From a virus (Duplodnaviria > Caudoviricetes): a stretch of DNA of 64,000 bases. The DNA is taken from IMG/VR virus record IMGVR_UViG_3300014204_000153, positions 1-64,000 of that record. One strand, written 5' to 3'. Of the stretch, positions 27,532-36,598 are shown piece after piece. The translations under genes were made by a program, and so were the position numbers. The stretch's first letter is position 1, and each line of letters begins with the position of its first letter. The notes below the pieces were generated by a model. The model made no database searches. It was not told where the DNA came from and was given only the letters and a program-made list of their open reading frames with translations.

Positions 27532-29198
27532 AAGTTATAATGAATGGTAGAGAATATAATCTTTCTAAATCTGACTTTTTAGCTTCTGGTGGAGAAGGCG
27601 ATGTTTATGCTAAACCAGAAGGTGTATTCAAAATATACCATGATAAAACACGAGTTCTTCATCCTGGTAAATTCGCCGAACTTTCTAAGATATCTAGCAA
27701 TTTGGTAATTAAGCCAACAGATCTTTTATATTCTGGCTCAGATGTAATTGGCTATAGGATGGATTATGTAAAGAATACATATTCGCTCTGTCAACTTTTC
27801 ACAAAAAGTTTTAAAGATAGAATGGGAGTATCTTCTGATAGAATTCTTTACTTAGTAAGGAATATGTCTGATACTTTGAAGAATAGTATTCATTCAACTG
27901 GTGTTTTAGTAGTCGATCTTAATGAACTAAATTGTTTAGCTGATAAAGATTTTAATAAAGTGTTTTACATAGATGTAGATTCATGGCAGACAAAGAATTA
28001 CAGAGCTACTGCTATAATGGATAGTGTTAGAGATTGGAATTCTAATGATTTTGATGAAGGCACAGATTGGTTTAGCTTTGCGGTTGTAACATTTCAAATG
28101 CTCGTAGGAATACATCCTTATCGTGGAAGATATCCTCAGAAGTTAACTCTTATAGATAGAATGAAACAAAAAATATCAGTCTTTAATAAAGATGTATCAG
28201 TTCCAACTTCATGTGAACCTTTAGATTCTCTTCCGCCAAGATATAAGTCATGGTATGAATCTGTGTTTGAAGATGGAATGAGAGATGAGTTTCCTGAAGA
28301 TAGAAGCACTATGCTTACTGTAGTTAAGAAAGTAAAACTGGCTGGAACTGCTTTAAGGATTGAAGAATTATTCTCAGTACCTCCTTCTAATGGGAATATA
28401 ACAGGTTACTATTATTCTGTTAATTGTGAACTAATTAAGACTTCAAATTCTATTCATAAAAATAGAAAATCTTCAGTAAATCAATCTGTTAAAGAAATAA
28501 TATTTTGGCAAGGTAATTCTTTTGGAGTTAATATAGATCCTGTATCTGATGATGTAGTAGTATTTGATCTTAATACAGGAAAAGCCGTAACTAATTCAAG
28601 AAGATGCACAGATGGTATATTTTTATCTTGTGGAAGATTATATTCTAAATATGATGATTCTATATTCGAATTCCAATTTGCTGGTTCAGTGTTCAATCCA
28701 CTTGGGATGTGGAAACTTGTTGCTAAAACAATGCCAATGTCCACAAAAATTCTAGATGGATTCACAGTTCAAAATATGCTTGGAAGATGGGTAGCTGATA
28801 TATACCCATCTTCTGGAAAACATATCCAAATTTCTCTACCAAAACTTGATGGGAAAAAAATTATATCGGGTTCAGCTAGAGGAAATGTTATTGTATTACT
28901 AGTTTCTGGGTCTGGAAAATATGATAGGTATATGTTCAAAGTAACAGATTTTAATGGTATAGTAGAAGAATGTATTATTAAAGATGTACCATTTTCAGAA
29001 GTAAATATGATTTTGCTTGATAGCGGAGTTTATGTATTAATAAGTGAAGATAGTTCTATTGAATTCTTTAGAAATTCTATATCATCACGAACTGAAGTTA
29101 CAGATCAAGCTATAAATAATTCTATGAGGCTTTACACTGATGGGGCATCTGTAATAGCAGCAGATGGAAATAGACTTCTTAAGATAAGCACTAAATGA
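27528..29198 (+). CDS. Ser/Thr protein kinase-like with C-terminal beta-rich domain (TerY-P type)
   Basis: ASGGEGDVY glycine loop, FKIYH, VVDLNELN catalytic loop, IDVDSW, D.FSFAV..FQML.GIHPY. Confidence 0.85.
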   Translation: MKVIMNGREYNLSKSDFLASGGEGDVYAKPEGVFKIYHDKTRVLHPGKFAELSKISSNLVIKPTDLLYSGSDVIGYRMDYVKNTYSLCQLFTKSFKDRMGVSSDRILYLVRNMSDTLKNSIHSTGVLVVDLNELNCLADKDFNKVFYIDVDSWQTKNYRATAIMDSVRDWNSNDFDEGTDWFSFAVVTFQMLVGIHPYRGRYPQKLTLIDRMKQKISVFNKDVSVPTSCEPLDSLPPRYKSWYESVFEDGMRDEFPEDRSTMLTVVKKVKLAGTALRIEELFSVPPSNGNITGYYYSVNCELIKTSNSIHKNRKSSVNQSVKEIIFWQGNSFGVNIDPVSDDVVVFDLNTGKAVTNSRRCTDGIFLSCGRLYSKYDDSIFEFQFAGSVFNPLGMWKLVAKTMPMSTKILDGFTVQNMLGRWVADIYPSSGKHIQISLPKLDGKKIISGSARGNVIVLLVSGSGKYDRYMFKVTDFNGIVEECIIKDVPFSEVNMILLDSGVYVLISEDSSIEFFRNSISSRTEVTDQAINNSMRLYTDGASVIAADGNRLLKISTK

Positions 29199-29211
29199 AA
29201 TTGGAGGAATT

Positions 29212-29967
29212 GTGAACATAGCAGCATGTACAGTTTGGTATAATGAAGAAGATTTTGCTCCATTCTTTCTTAGGCATTATCTTTACGTCGATAAGATTTT
29301 TGTTTTGGTTGATTCTGCTACAGATGATTTTACAAGGGAAATTCTTGGACAATATCATAATGTTGAACAAAGAGAAATAGTATTTCCAGAAGAAGGAGTA
29401 GATGAAGATCAGAAAATTTCAGAAATAATGAATGTTTATGAAGAATGTTATGATTATGATTGGTTTTATAATGTTGATGCTGATGAACTTATATTTCCAC
29501 CAGATGGACTTCATCCATATAGTTTTTTAAGATCTTGTAATGAATCTGTTATACGAGCAGATTTAATTCAAGTTTATAGACATGAATCTGAAAAAGATCT
29601 TGATTATAGTTTAGATAGAGCATTTGAACAAAGAAGGCATGGTACAAGAACTCTTATGATAAATGGAGCAGACCAAGGACATTTATATCATAAACCAATA
29701 ATCGTTAGAACTTATGGTGTTAACCCTGTTTGGTGCCCAGGTAATCATACTCTTCAACATGTCGGAAAGGTTTGTGAGAAGTCTTTTCTTGGAGCACACT
29801 GGGCTATGGCAGATGAAGACATAGCAATTAAGAGAAGGTTATCTAGAAAAGCTAGACAGTCAAAGAATAATCTCGCTAAAGGGTATAATATTCATCAGAA
29901 AGATATCACAGAAGAATCAATTAGAGAAGAGTGCAGAAAAAACTCAAACTTACCGAGGGTATTCTAA
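29212..29967 (+). CDS. glycosyltransferase, GT-A fold (family 2-like)
   Basis: TVWYNEEDFAPFFLRHY, VDSATDD, VDADE DxD motif. Confidence 0.8.
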   Translation: MNIAACTVWYNEEDFAPFFLRHYLYVDKIFVLVDSATDDFTREILGQYHNVEQREIVFPEEGVDEDQKISEIMNVYEECYDYDWFYNVDADELIFPPDGLHPYSFLRSCNESVIRADLIQVYRHESEKDLDYSLDRAFEQRRHGTRTLMINGADQGHLYHKPIIVRTYGVNPVWCPGNHTLQHVGKVCEKSFLGAHWAMADEDIAIKRRLSRKARQSKNNLAKGYNIHQKDITEESIREECRKNSNLPRVF

Positions 29968-30323
29968 TGGAAATAGTAATGAAAATATTGTCCAACAAAG
30001 AGTATAAAAAAGCAGTTACTCTTCTTCATGGCCATCGTGAAGGTACTGTTCCAGAAGTCTTCAACACTATAGTTCTGATGTTGTATAATGATAAGAAGAA
30101 GATGTTCTCTGCTGGCGGATCTTCGTACAATAGATGGTCCAAGAGCAGTGGTAAAGTGTGGCGGGGGTTTAACAGGCTGAAAAGTCATCTTACTATGTTG
30201 AGAGAAGGATATTATTTTGGAAAAGATAGACTAGACTTATCTGACCAATATGTAGTAGACGCTAGGACTGGATACGTTATGTGTTCGGCTCAGGAACTTC
30301 TTGAACGTCCATTGGAGAAATAA
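29967..30323 (+). CDS. hypothetical protein
   Basis: TAATG-coupled; basic; W.KSSGKVW...LKSHL. Confidence 0.6.
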   Translation: MEIVMKILSNKEYKKAVTLLHGHREGTVPEVFNTIVLMLYNDKKKMFSAGGSSYNRWSKSSGKVWRGFNRLKSHLTMLREGYYFGKDRLDLSDQYVVDARTGYVMCSAQELLERPLEK

Positions 30324-30325
30324 TT

Positions 30326-30652
30326 ATGTCTGTTGATAATTTTACTATCTGTCCAAAATGTCATGGTATAAAAATTGATGAAATTACAAAAATTGAACAA
30401 GAAACAAAAAGAGTAAAAGAAATGTATGGTAAAGTTCCACCTGAAGAATATTTAGAAGCTGCTAATGCATTAGGTGAATTGGCATCTAAAGAATTCATTA
30501 CAAAGACAGAAACTCTTGCAGAATATTATGAATTCTATATGACAGAAGATGGTGATTTTAATGCTAAGTATAAATGTATATGTACATCATGTGGTTTTAA
30601 ATTCGAATTTAATCATAAAGAAAATGCTATAAATTCAAAAAAAACTAGTTGA
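30326..30652 (+). CDS. split zinc-ribbon protein
   Basis: CPKC near N-terminus and CTSC near C-terminus; stop lies inside the next TTGACA. Confidence 0.65.
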   Translation: MSVDNFTICPKCHGIKIDEITKIEQETKRVKEMYGKVPPEEYLEAANALGELASKEFITKTETLAEYYEFYMTEDGDFNAKYKCICTSCGFKFEFNHKENAINSKKTS

Positions 30653-30677
30653 CATTCTGAATTTCATTGTTTATATT
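30649..30677 (+). promoter_or_regulatory. early promoter cassette copy 7
   Basis: TTGACA-17-TATATT. Confidence 0.85.
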
Positions 30678-30732
30678 ATTAATATTGAAACAGAGAGATA
30701 AACAATGTCAATGAAGAAAACAAGGAGTAAGT

Positions 30733-30948
30733 ATGAGTAACGATGTTTTTGAAAAAGCATTTAATTCTATGCCGAAGTGTTTGGTAGCAGGGTATGATTC
30801 ATTCCATCATAAAAGTGTAAAAGATTTATGGTGGATGGCCAGGATACAGCTTGATTTGTATGAGGAAGATGAAGACTCAGACATTGTTACTGATAAAGAT
30901 CTTAGGCATGTTAAGAATTGGATGTCTTCAATAAAAAAAGATATTTAA
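30733..30948 (+). CDS. hypothetical early protein
   Basis: AAGGAG RBS. Confidence 0.65.
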   Translation: MSNDVFEKAFNSMPKCLVAGYDSFHHKSVKDLWWMARIQLDLYEEDEDSDIVTDKDLRHVKNWMSSIKKDI

Positions 30949-30964
30949 TAAAAGGAAATAGATA

Positions 30965-31054
30965 ATGGATTTTAGTTCTAGTGGATTCTGGGGTGGAGTA
31001 TTAACAGGATTTTTATTGGGATGTGTAATTTACTTTATTTGTTGTTTTCTTTAA
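30965..31054 (+). CDS. 29-aa single-pass membrane peptide
   Basis: AAGGA RBS; MDFSSSGFWGGVLTGFLLGCVIYFICCFL. Confidence 0.45.
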   Translation: MDFSSSGFWGGVLTGFLLGCVIYFICCFL

Positions 31055-31083
31055 AACTAATAACATAAACAGAGAAATGTAGA

Positions 31084-31509
31084 ATGTTTGAGATTTTTGT
31101 GGTGTTTTCCGGGTATGTACTTGCTGTTGTTGGTATTGTTCTCGCTATATATATTAATCAGGACTGGTTTAAGGAGTGTGGCAGAATTATTAAAGAAACA
31201 TATGACAGGAATATTGAACTGGCAGGTAAATACGATGATTTAGCAGATAAATATAATGATTTAATTGATGGGTATAATGAGTTGGTAGCTAAGCATAATA
31301 CTATTGCTGATAGGTGGGCTGAACATTACATTAAATATAATAATAGTTGGTATAATACATTGGTGCGTACTATTGAAATTGGGCATTTATTGGAAGAAGA
31401 TTTTATTAAACTGAAATCCCTTCTTGAAAATAAACCTGAACGTAACCCAAGTGTGAAGACTCTTGATGAGGAAGCTGCTGAAAATGAAAGAATGTTAAAA
31501 AGTAGTTGA
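31084..31509 (+). CDS. membrane-anchored coiled-coil protein
   Basis: N-terminal TM; Y..L..KYN.L heptad repeats; stop inside the next TTGACA. Confidence 0.7.
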   Translation: MFEIFVVFSGYVLAVVGIVLAIYINQDWFKECGRIIKETYDRNIELAGKYDDLADKYNDLIDGYNELVAKHNTIADRWAEHYIKYNNSWYNTLVRTIEIGHLLEEDFIKLKSLLENKPERNPSVKTLDEEAAENERMLKSS

Positions 31510-31534
31510 CATTCAGACTTTCATTGTTTATATT
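31506..31534 (+). promoter_or_regulatory. early promoter cassette copy 8
   Basis: TTGACA-17-TATATT. Confidence 0.85.
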
Positions 31535-31568
31535 ATTTACTATTGAATTCAAACAGAGGAAAATGAGA

Positions 31569-31793
31569 ATGGCAATTAAGAAAGTAGAATTCAAAAAAGT
31601 ATCTCATACATTTTTTACAGGTGATACAACCTGTGCTTATGGAAAGGGAAAGTTTTGTCCATTTGTAGTAACAAAAAAATTTGGAACACATTATGTTTGT
31701 ATATTGTTTAACACCGATCTTAATGATGACGAAAACATGTGTCTCAAGAGGTCATCAGAATGTATAGCTAAACTTGATAAAATGTTTAGCTAA
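31569..31793 (+). CDS. Cys-rich hypothetical protein
   Basis: GAGGA RBS; C..G...C.F......G..Y.C.LF......C.....C. Confidence 0.6.
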   Translation: MAIKKVEFKKVSHTFFTGDTTCAYGKGKFCPFVVTKKFGTHYVCILFNTDLNDDENMCLKRSSECIAKLDKMFS

Positions 31794-31815
31794 ATCTCAA
31801 ATAGAGGAAAATAAA

Positions 31816-32064
31816 ATGATACACGAGAAACCAGTAATAACAAGAGTAATGAAACTTACAATAGTAGAAAATGCTCAAAAAGCTTCTGAATTGTTCAATA
31901 CTTTTATTTTTGTCCCTACTTCTGTAAAAGCTTCAGTTATAGTTGAAAAAGATGAAGCTGTCGTATCGATGGATTTCTTTGATGATACATATGGTGATAC
32001 AAGTATTACATATACGGTTGGTATATTCATGGGAATATATTTAATTGCAGGAAAAGTAAAATAA
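31816..32064 (+). CDS. hypothetical protein
   Basis: GAGGA RBS. Confidence 0.6.
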   Translation: MIHEKPVITRVMKLTIVENAQKASELFNTFIFVPTSVKASVIVEKDEAVVSMDFFDDTYGDTSITYTVGIFMGIYLIAGKVK

Positions 32065-32067
32065 TAG

Positions 32068-32096
32068 TTGACATTTCACTATCAATGATTTATATT
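32068..32096 (+). promoter_or_regulatory. early promoter cassette copy 9
   Basis: TTGACA-17-TATATT plus TTACTATTGAAATTGAAACAGAGG. Confidence 0.85.
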
Positions 32097-32162
32097 ATTA
32101 CTATTGAAATTGAAACAGAGGATTGCTTCACAAAAACCAAACACAAACAGAGGAGAATGAAA

Positions 32163-32546
32163 ATGGAAGCCAAGCGCGAAGCAAAGTACGTCACAGTCAA
32201 GAAGACCCGCGGTATCTACAAGGAAATCAGCCGGATTAACGGAAAAGTTCAGCTCGTTGAAGTTTTCCACAAGTTCGACGCTGAGGTCGATCCTTCTCAG
32301 ATTCGTAAGTTCAAAGCCGGCAAAAGCTTCATCGAAGTAAATGGCAAACTTTCATGGACAAAGAAAGCAGCTCAGCCGAAGTTCAGCGAAAAGGGTCGGA
32401 CATGGAACAAGATCGAAGCTGATATCGACGGAATCGAAACAATCATTCATCTCGACACGACACTCGGACACTGGGCATATTACACCACAACCACTGGCGA
32501 GTGGAGGAAGTTCGAGCATATGTACATTGAAGATCTCGTAAAGTAA
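32163..32546 (+). CDS. basic early protein with high-expression codon usage
   Basis: GAGGAG RBS; C/G-ending codons. Confidence 0.7.
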   Translation: MEAKREAKYVTVKKTRGIYKEISRINGKVQLVEVFHKFDAEVDPSQIRKFKAGKSFIEVNGKLSWTKKAAQPKFSEKGRTWNKIEADIDGIETIIHLDTTLGHWAYYTTTTGEWRKFEHMYIEDLVK

Positions 32547-32592
32547 ACCAAGAAAGATAAAACATATGATAGACTTTCTTTATTCACTCATC

Positions 32593-32626
32593 GAGAACAT
32601 CCGTAGAATATTCTACGGATGTTCTC
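32593..32626. repeat. perfect 34-bp palindrome
   Basis: GAGAACATCCGTAGAAT|ATTCTACGGATGTTCTC. Confidence 0.95.
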
Positions 32627-32980
32627 TTGATACTTGCTTCTGCAATTAACGGTAAAGTTGATAAAAATTTATTTGTACTAAGAGCTCTTGAACTTTCAGT
32701 TGATAAAGAATTAAACAATTATTTAAAATATACATTTTATCCATATCCAATTGAATTTAAATACCATGAATGGATTGATTATCTTAATGAAATTAAAAAA
32801 GATCTTAAGTTCATTAGAGAAACTGATAAAAAAATACAAAAAGTAAAAGACCCAGTTGATGATTCTGCTGCTGAATTAAAAAGATACAGAAATGAACTAG
32901 CTGAATTAAGTTTATTGGAAATAGATATATGGAAAAGATTAAAAGATAATATGTCTAAAGTAGCAATTAACCTTTATTGA
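32627..32980 (+). CDS. hypothetical helical protein (start uncertain)
   Basis: TTG start without clear RBS; may be frameshifted from ATG 32566. Confidence 0.5.
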   Translation: MILASAINGKVDKNLFVLRALELSVDKELNNYLKYTFYPYPIEFKYHEWIDYLNEIKKDLKFIRETDKKIQKVKDPVDDSAAELKRYRNELAELSLLEIDIWKRLKDNMSKVAINLY

Positions 32981-33522
32981 AAGATTATAAACAAATGGAT
33001 ATAAATGAAGAATTTATCAAAGGTTTTAATTCTCTTGATCTTTATTTATGGTTCAAAGATTATGGAGAAACAGACCTAGAAAAGATAGTTAGAAAGTTGA
33101 TAGATGAGAAAAAAGTATGGATAGCTAATTCACTTCTTACATCAAGTATGAACAAAAAACAATGCGTAAAGTATACAATTTATATAGCCAAGTCTATAAT
33201 AGTACACTTTGATTTACTTAAATGTAGATTTGGAAATCCAGTTTTTATTGTTAATTCTGCAGAAAAATGGTTAGAAAATAATTCTGAAAAGAATAGAATT
33301 TTAGCTATGAATGAATTTAATAATGCAATTTATTATGATAGAGATTCTATTTCTGAATCTATAATTTATATTGCTGCATTATCTGCATGGTGTGCTGGAC
33401 AAAAAGAAGAAAAATCATCAAGTATAAATTATAATGCTAATAAATGTGCAGAAGAAGCAGAATCAATTGGTGGAAATATGATTGAGTATATAGAATATGG
33501 TTTATCTTTGTTTAAAGATTAA
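32977..33522 (+). CDS. helical-repeat phage protein (Imm5-like pattern)
   Basis: WIA..L...MNKKQCVKY.I..A..I..F...P......A.KWL. Confidence 0.45.
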   Translation: MKDYKQMDINEEFIKGFNSLDLYLWFKDYGETDLEKIVRKLIDEKKVWIANSLLTSSMNKKQCVKYTIYIAKSIIVHFDLLKCRFGNPVFIVNSAEKWLENNSEKNRILAMNEFNNAIYYDRDSISESIIYIAALSAWCAGQKEEKSSSINYNANKCAEEAESIGGNMIEYIEYGLSLFKD

Positions 33523-33526
33523 ACCC

Positions 33527-33611
33527 GGTCCAGTTCCCTAGTGGCAAAGGGGTCGGCCTGTAAAGCCGCTGACTAATGTCTTCGGAGGTTCGAATCCTCC
33601 CTGGACCACCA
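33527..33611 (+). tRNA. tRNA-Tyr(GUA)
   Basis: GGTCCAG/CTGGACC acceptor stem, CGGC-CT-GTA-AA-GCCG anticodon arm, GGTTCGAATCC, encoded CCA. Confidence 0.95.
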
Positions 33612-33615
33612 TAAA

Positions 33616-33734
33616 AATATAAGTGCAATGGCTGTGCGGCAATAATTAAATCCCGCGAAGGCATGAGTATAACCGTCACGCATTGCATACTCATTAGGAT
33701 GCCCTGCAATGCTGTCCTACATTGCACTTATATT
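33616..33734 (+). ncRNA. candidate structured RNA of unknown family
   Basis: 15-bp terminal helix, internal 8-bp stem, 8-bp loop-to-downstream pairing; no RBS-led ORF. Confidence 0.6.
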
Positions 33735-33743
33735 AAAAAGTAG

Positions 33744-33772
33744 TTGACATTGGGTTATCCATTGTTTATATT
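33744..33772 (+). promoter_or_regulatory. early promoter cassette copy 10
   Basis: TTGACA-17-TATATT. Confidence 0.85.
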
Positions 33773-33814
33773 ATAATTAATTAAAAATTGAAACAACAAA
33801 CAGAGGAGAATGAA

Positions 33815-33967
33815 ATGCTTTTTTATTATCAATTTAACATAGCTAATCATATTAAAGTAGATACTTCAATGTTACTTATTTTATTAGATATAGTACTTTT
33901 TATATTATTATTCTCTTATATGTTAGCTGATGATGACGATGAATCAAACAATGATTATGGAGAATGA
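33815..33967 (+). CDS. 50-aa single-pass membrane peptide with acidic tail
   Basis: GAGGAG RBS; LLILLDIVLFILLFSYML then DDDDES. Confidence 0.55.
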   Translation: MLFYYQFNIANHIKVDTSMLLILLDIVLFILLFSYMLADDDDESNNDYGE

Positions 33968-33968
33968 A

Positions 33969-34178
33969 ATGAATCCAAAAGATGAAATATTCAAACTGAA
34001 ACATGGTGAAAAATGGACATGGCCTGAAAGTGATTATGGTCATGCTGAAATATGGCGAATTCATGATGTTTATATAGTATTTTCTATTCCAATGTTTGGA
34101 GGAGATTCAACATATTTTGATGCATTCTCAATATCAAATGTGGATGAACTTATTTATACAGTTTCCTCTTGGACGTAA
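33969..34178 (+). CDS. hypothetical protein
   Basis: GGAG RBS; MNPKDEIFKLKHGEKWTW. Confidence 0.6.
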   Translation: MNPKDEIFKLKHGEKWTWPESDYGHAEIWRIHDVYIVFSIPMFGGDSTYFDAFSISNVDELIYTVSSWT

Positions 34179-34200
34179 AAATTGAATCAAGGAGATTTAT

Positions 34201-34569
34201 ATGTTAGTTGCCATAGATTTATTACCTTGTCCATATTGTGGTGGCGAAGCAAGATATGTATATCTTCATAAAAGTGAAGATGGTTCAACTGAAAATTGGG
34301 TATTGAGAAGATTTAATAAAGGTGAAGTTATAAGCAATAATTATGAAATATGTGATCATATAATTCGTTGTAAAACATGTGGGGCAACCGCACAAATTCC
34401 ATTTTGGAATAAAAGAGAATTTAATGATGTACTTATGTTAAGCCCAAAGTCGATTATATTTTGTCACAAAAACCAAAAAGAACAAGATATGAATTTATGT
34501 TGTAACTGTGAGAACTTTAAAGGAATTGATATAGAAAATGATTTATTTTATATTAAGTGTGTCAAATAA
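34201..34569 (+). CDS. Lar-like zinc-ribbon protein
   Basis: LLPCPYCGGEA ... IRCKTCGA pattern. Confidence 0.5.
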   Translation: MLVAIDLLPCPYCGGEARYVYLHKSEDGSTENWVLRRFNKGEVISNNYEICDHIIRCKTCGATAQIPFWNKREFNDVLMLSPKSIIFCHKNQKEQDMNLCCNCENFKGIDIENDLFYIKCVK

Positions 34570-34584
34570 AAGGAGAAAAATTAG

Positions 34585-36318
34585 TTGGCTAAAGTAGACT
34601 TCAAGAAAGTGCGTTTCAAGAATTTTATGTCATATGGAAATTCATGGACAGAAATACCACTTGAATTTGTCGGTCTTACTATCGTCAGTGGAAAAAATGG
34701 CGATGGAAAGTCTACTATATCTGTAGCCATATTCTTTGCTTTAACGGGTCTTGCTTTAATAGAAGTTTCTAAAGGTGGATTAGTTAATATCTTTAACGAC
34801 AGAGATTGCTTAGTAGAACTTGAATTTGAAAGCGGCGGCCATTCATATATGGTTCGTCGTGGAGTTAGACCAAATGTTTTCGGAATATACAAAGATGGAG
34901 AATTGGTTCCTGAGGATGGAAAGAGAGTTAACTTCTATCAGGATAAACTTGATGAAATAGTTGGTATTCCTCCAGCTTTGTTAAGGTCTGTACTTCTCAT
35001 AAATTATTCCAGCAGACCATTCTTTAAAATGTCAAAGGGAGAGAGAAGAGAATTCTTAGACAAAATATTTGGACTTGAAAAATTTAATATTATGGCTGAA
35101 ATGGTTAAAAGAAAGTTATCTGAAATATCTGCTTCTATGTCATTATCTTCAAGAGATTTAGTTATACTTAAATCTAAACTTGAACATCAAAAAGAAACTC
35201 TTAATAATTACGATAAGATGGTAGCAACCGCAGCTGCTAAAAGTAATACAGATAAATCTAAAATTGAAGCTGATGTATTAAGTAAAATTTCAGATTCTAT
35301 GAAAGCTAAATCTAAATTAGAATTAGCCAAAGAAGTAGTAGATATTACAAATAAGAAAGTAAAAGAAACATCTTTAAATAAAGAAAATCTTAAAAATTCT
35401 AAAAAAGAACTTATCTCTATTAAAGAAAAATTAAAAGAAGCTGAAGAAGCTGAAGGTAAATGTAGACTATGTGGTCAAGTTTTACCAAAAGAAGTAACAG
35501 AACTTGAGAAGATTAGAGTTGAAAAATTAAAGCAAACTATATTAAATTTAGAAGTATCTATTAAAGAAATAGAAAAATTAGATTGTGATACTGAATCAGC
35601 AAATAAAACTTCATTAACTGCTACTAATGAATTAAGAAAAACTGAATCAGATGTAGCAGCTGCTGAAGCTTTAGTGTCAGCTGCTAAAGATAGATTAGAA
35701 GAATATTCATTTGAACTTCCAGAACCACCAAAAATTGATATAACTGAAACAGAAACTAAAATAAAAGAAAATGAATTATCATCTAAAAAGATGAGTAATA
35801 TAGAATCTCATTTAAAGTCTGCATATAAGATTTTAATGGATGAAGAAATTAAGTCATTCATAGTTGGTAAGTATGTTCCATTCTTAAATTCTCAAGTTGC
35901 TTTCTTTCTTGAAATGTTTGGATTTGATTTCGATGTAATGTTTACTCCAGAAATGGATTATAGATTTATTAGTAAAACACGAGGTAAAAAAGAACTGGAG
36001 TACGGCAACTTCTCCAGGGGTCAAAGAACTCGACTTGATATAGCTATGATATTTGCTTTTATAAATGTATATAAGATGGTAAGTTTTAAGTCTATGCGAC
36101 AAGTTACTAATTTAATCATCTTTGACGAGTTCATAGACATGGGTACAGATGCAGATGGAGTTGAAGATTGTTTAAAGATGATGACTGAAGTTAGTAGGAA
36201 GTGGGATACTGGATTTATGGTAATTTCTCATAAGGTAGATGCAGAATCTACAGATTTTCCAGTTTATATGGCTAAGATGCAGTCTAATGGATTTTCTAAA
36301 ATTGAAAAGGTACAATGA
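34585..36318 (+). CDS. gp46: recombination endonuclease ATPase subunit (gp46/SbcC-like)
   Basis: FKNFMSYGN, Walker A GKNGDGKST, CRLC zinc hook, FSRGQ signature, LIIFDE Walker B, VISH. Confidence 0.9.
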   Translation: MAKVDFKKVRFKNFMSYGNSWTEIPLEFVGLTIVSGKNGDGKSTISVAIFFALTGLALIEVSKGGLVNIFNDRDCLVELEFESGGHSYMVRRGVRPNVFGIYKDGELVPEDGKRVNFYQDKLDEIVGIPPALLRSVLLINYSSRPFFKMSKGERREFLDKIFGLEKFNIMAEMVKRKLSEISASMSLSSRDLVILKSKLEHQKETLNNYDKMVATAAAKSNTDKSKIEADVLSKISDSMKAKSKLELAKEVVDITNKKVKETSLNKENLKNSKKELISIKEKLKEAEEAEGKCRLCGQVLPKEVTELEKIRVEKLKQTILNLEVSIKEIEKLDCDTESANKTSLTATNELRKTESDVAAAEALVSAAKDRLEEYSFELPEPPKIDITETETKIKENELSSKKMSNIESHLKSAYKILMDEEIKSFIVGKYVPFLNSQVAFFLEMFGFDFDVMFTPEMDYRFISKTRGKKELEYGNFSRGQRTRLDIAMIFAFINVYKMVSFKSMRQVTNLIIFDEFIDMGTDADGVEDCLKMMTEVSRKWDTGFMVISHKVDAESTDFPVYMAKMQSNGFSKIEKVQ

Positions 36319-36416
36319 TGAGCAGATATGATAAAAGATGTTTAGCATATACATCAATTGGCTTAATAATTATTATAGTTATGTTAATCTTAGATACAGC
36401 TGTATCATGGAGATAA
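36315..36416 (+). CDS. 33-aa membrane peptide
   Basis: ATGA-coupled to gp46; IGLIIIIVMLIL. Confidence 0.4.
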   Translation: MMSRYDKRCLAYTSIGLIIIIVMLILDTAVSWR

Positions 36417-36418
36417 AA

Positions 36419-36598
36419 ATGACAAACAGACAAGTAGCAGTATTATGTTTTTGCGCATTATATATTGCGTTTGAAGTTCATTCAGATTTTTCATCACTTA
36501 AAAGTTTAAGTGATTGTATAATTGTAGAAATTCTTGGAATATTTTATTTTTCTATGATAACTCTTGGAATATTTAAATTCCTTGAAAGGGAAAAATGA
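36419..36598 (+). CDS. small two-helix membrane protein
   Basis: GGAG RBS; hydrophobic. Confidence 0.5.
   Translation: MTNRQVAVLCFCALYIAFEVHSDFSSLKSLSDCIIVEILGIFYFSMITLGIFKFLEREK

Noticed and set aside
33612-33734. Theta/HDV-like, hammerhead or twister ribozyme after the tRNA
   Set aside because: Could not map P1.1 GG, the catalytic C, CUGANGA/GAAA or twister consensus; the tRNA already encodes CCA. Kept only as unknown structured RNA
2398-33790. Recurrent about 60-bp repeats as a CRISPR array
   Set aside because: Copies are kilobases apart, separated by genes and contain perfect -35/-10 boxes; no cas genes are present
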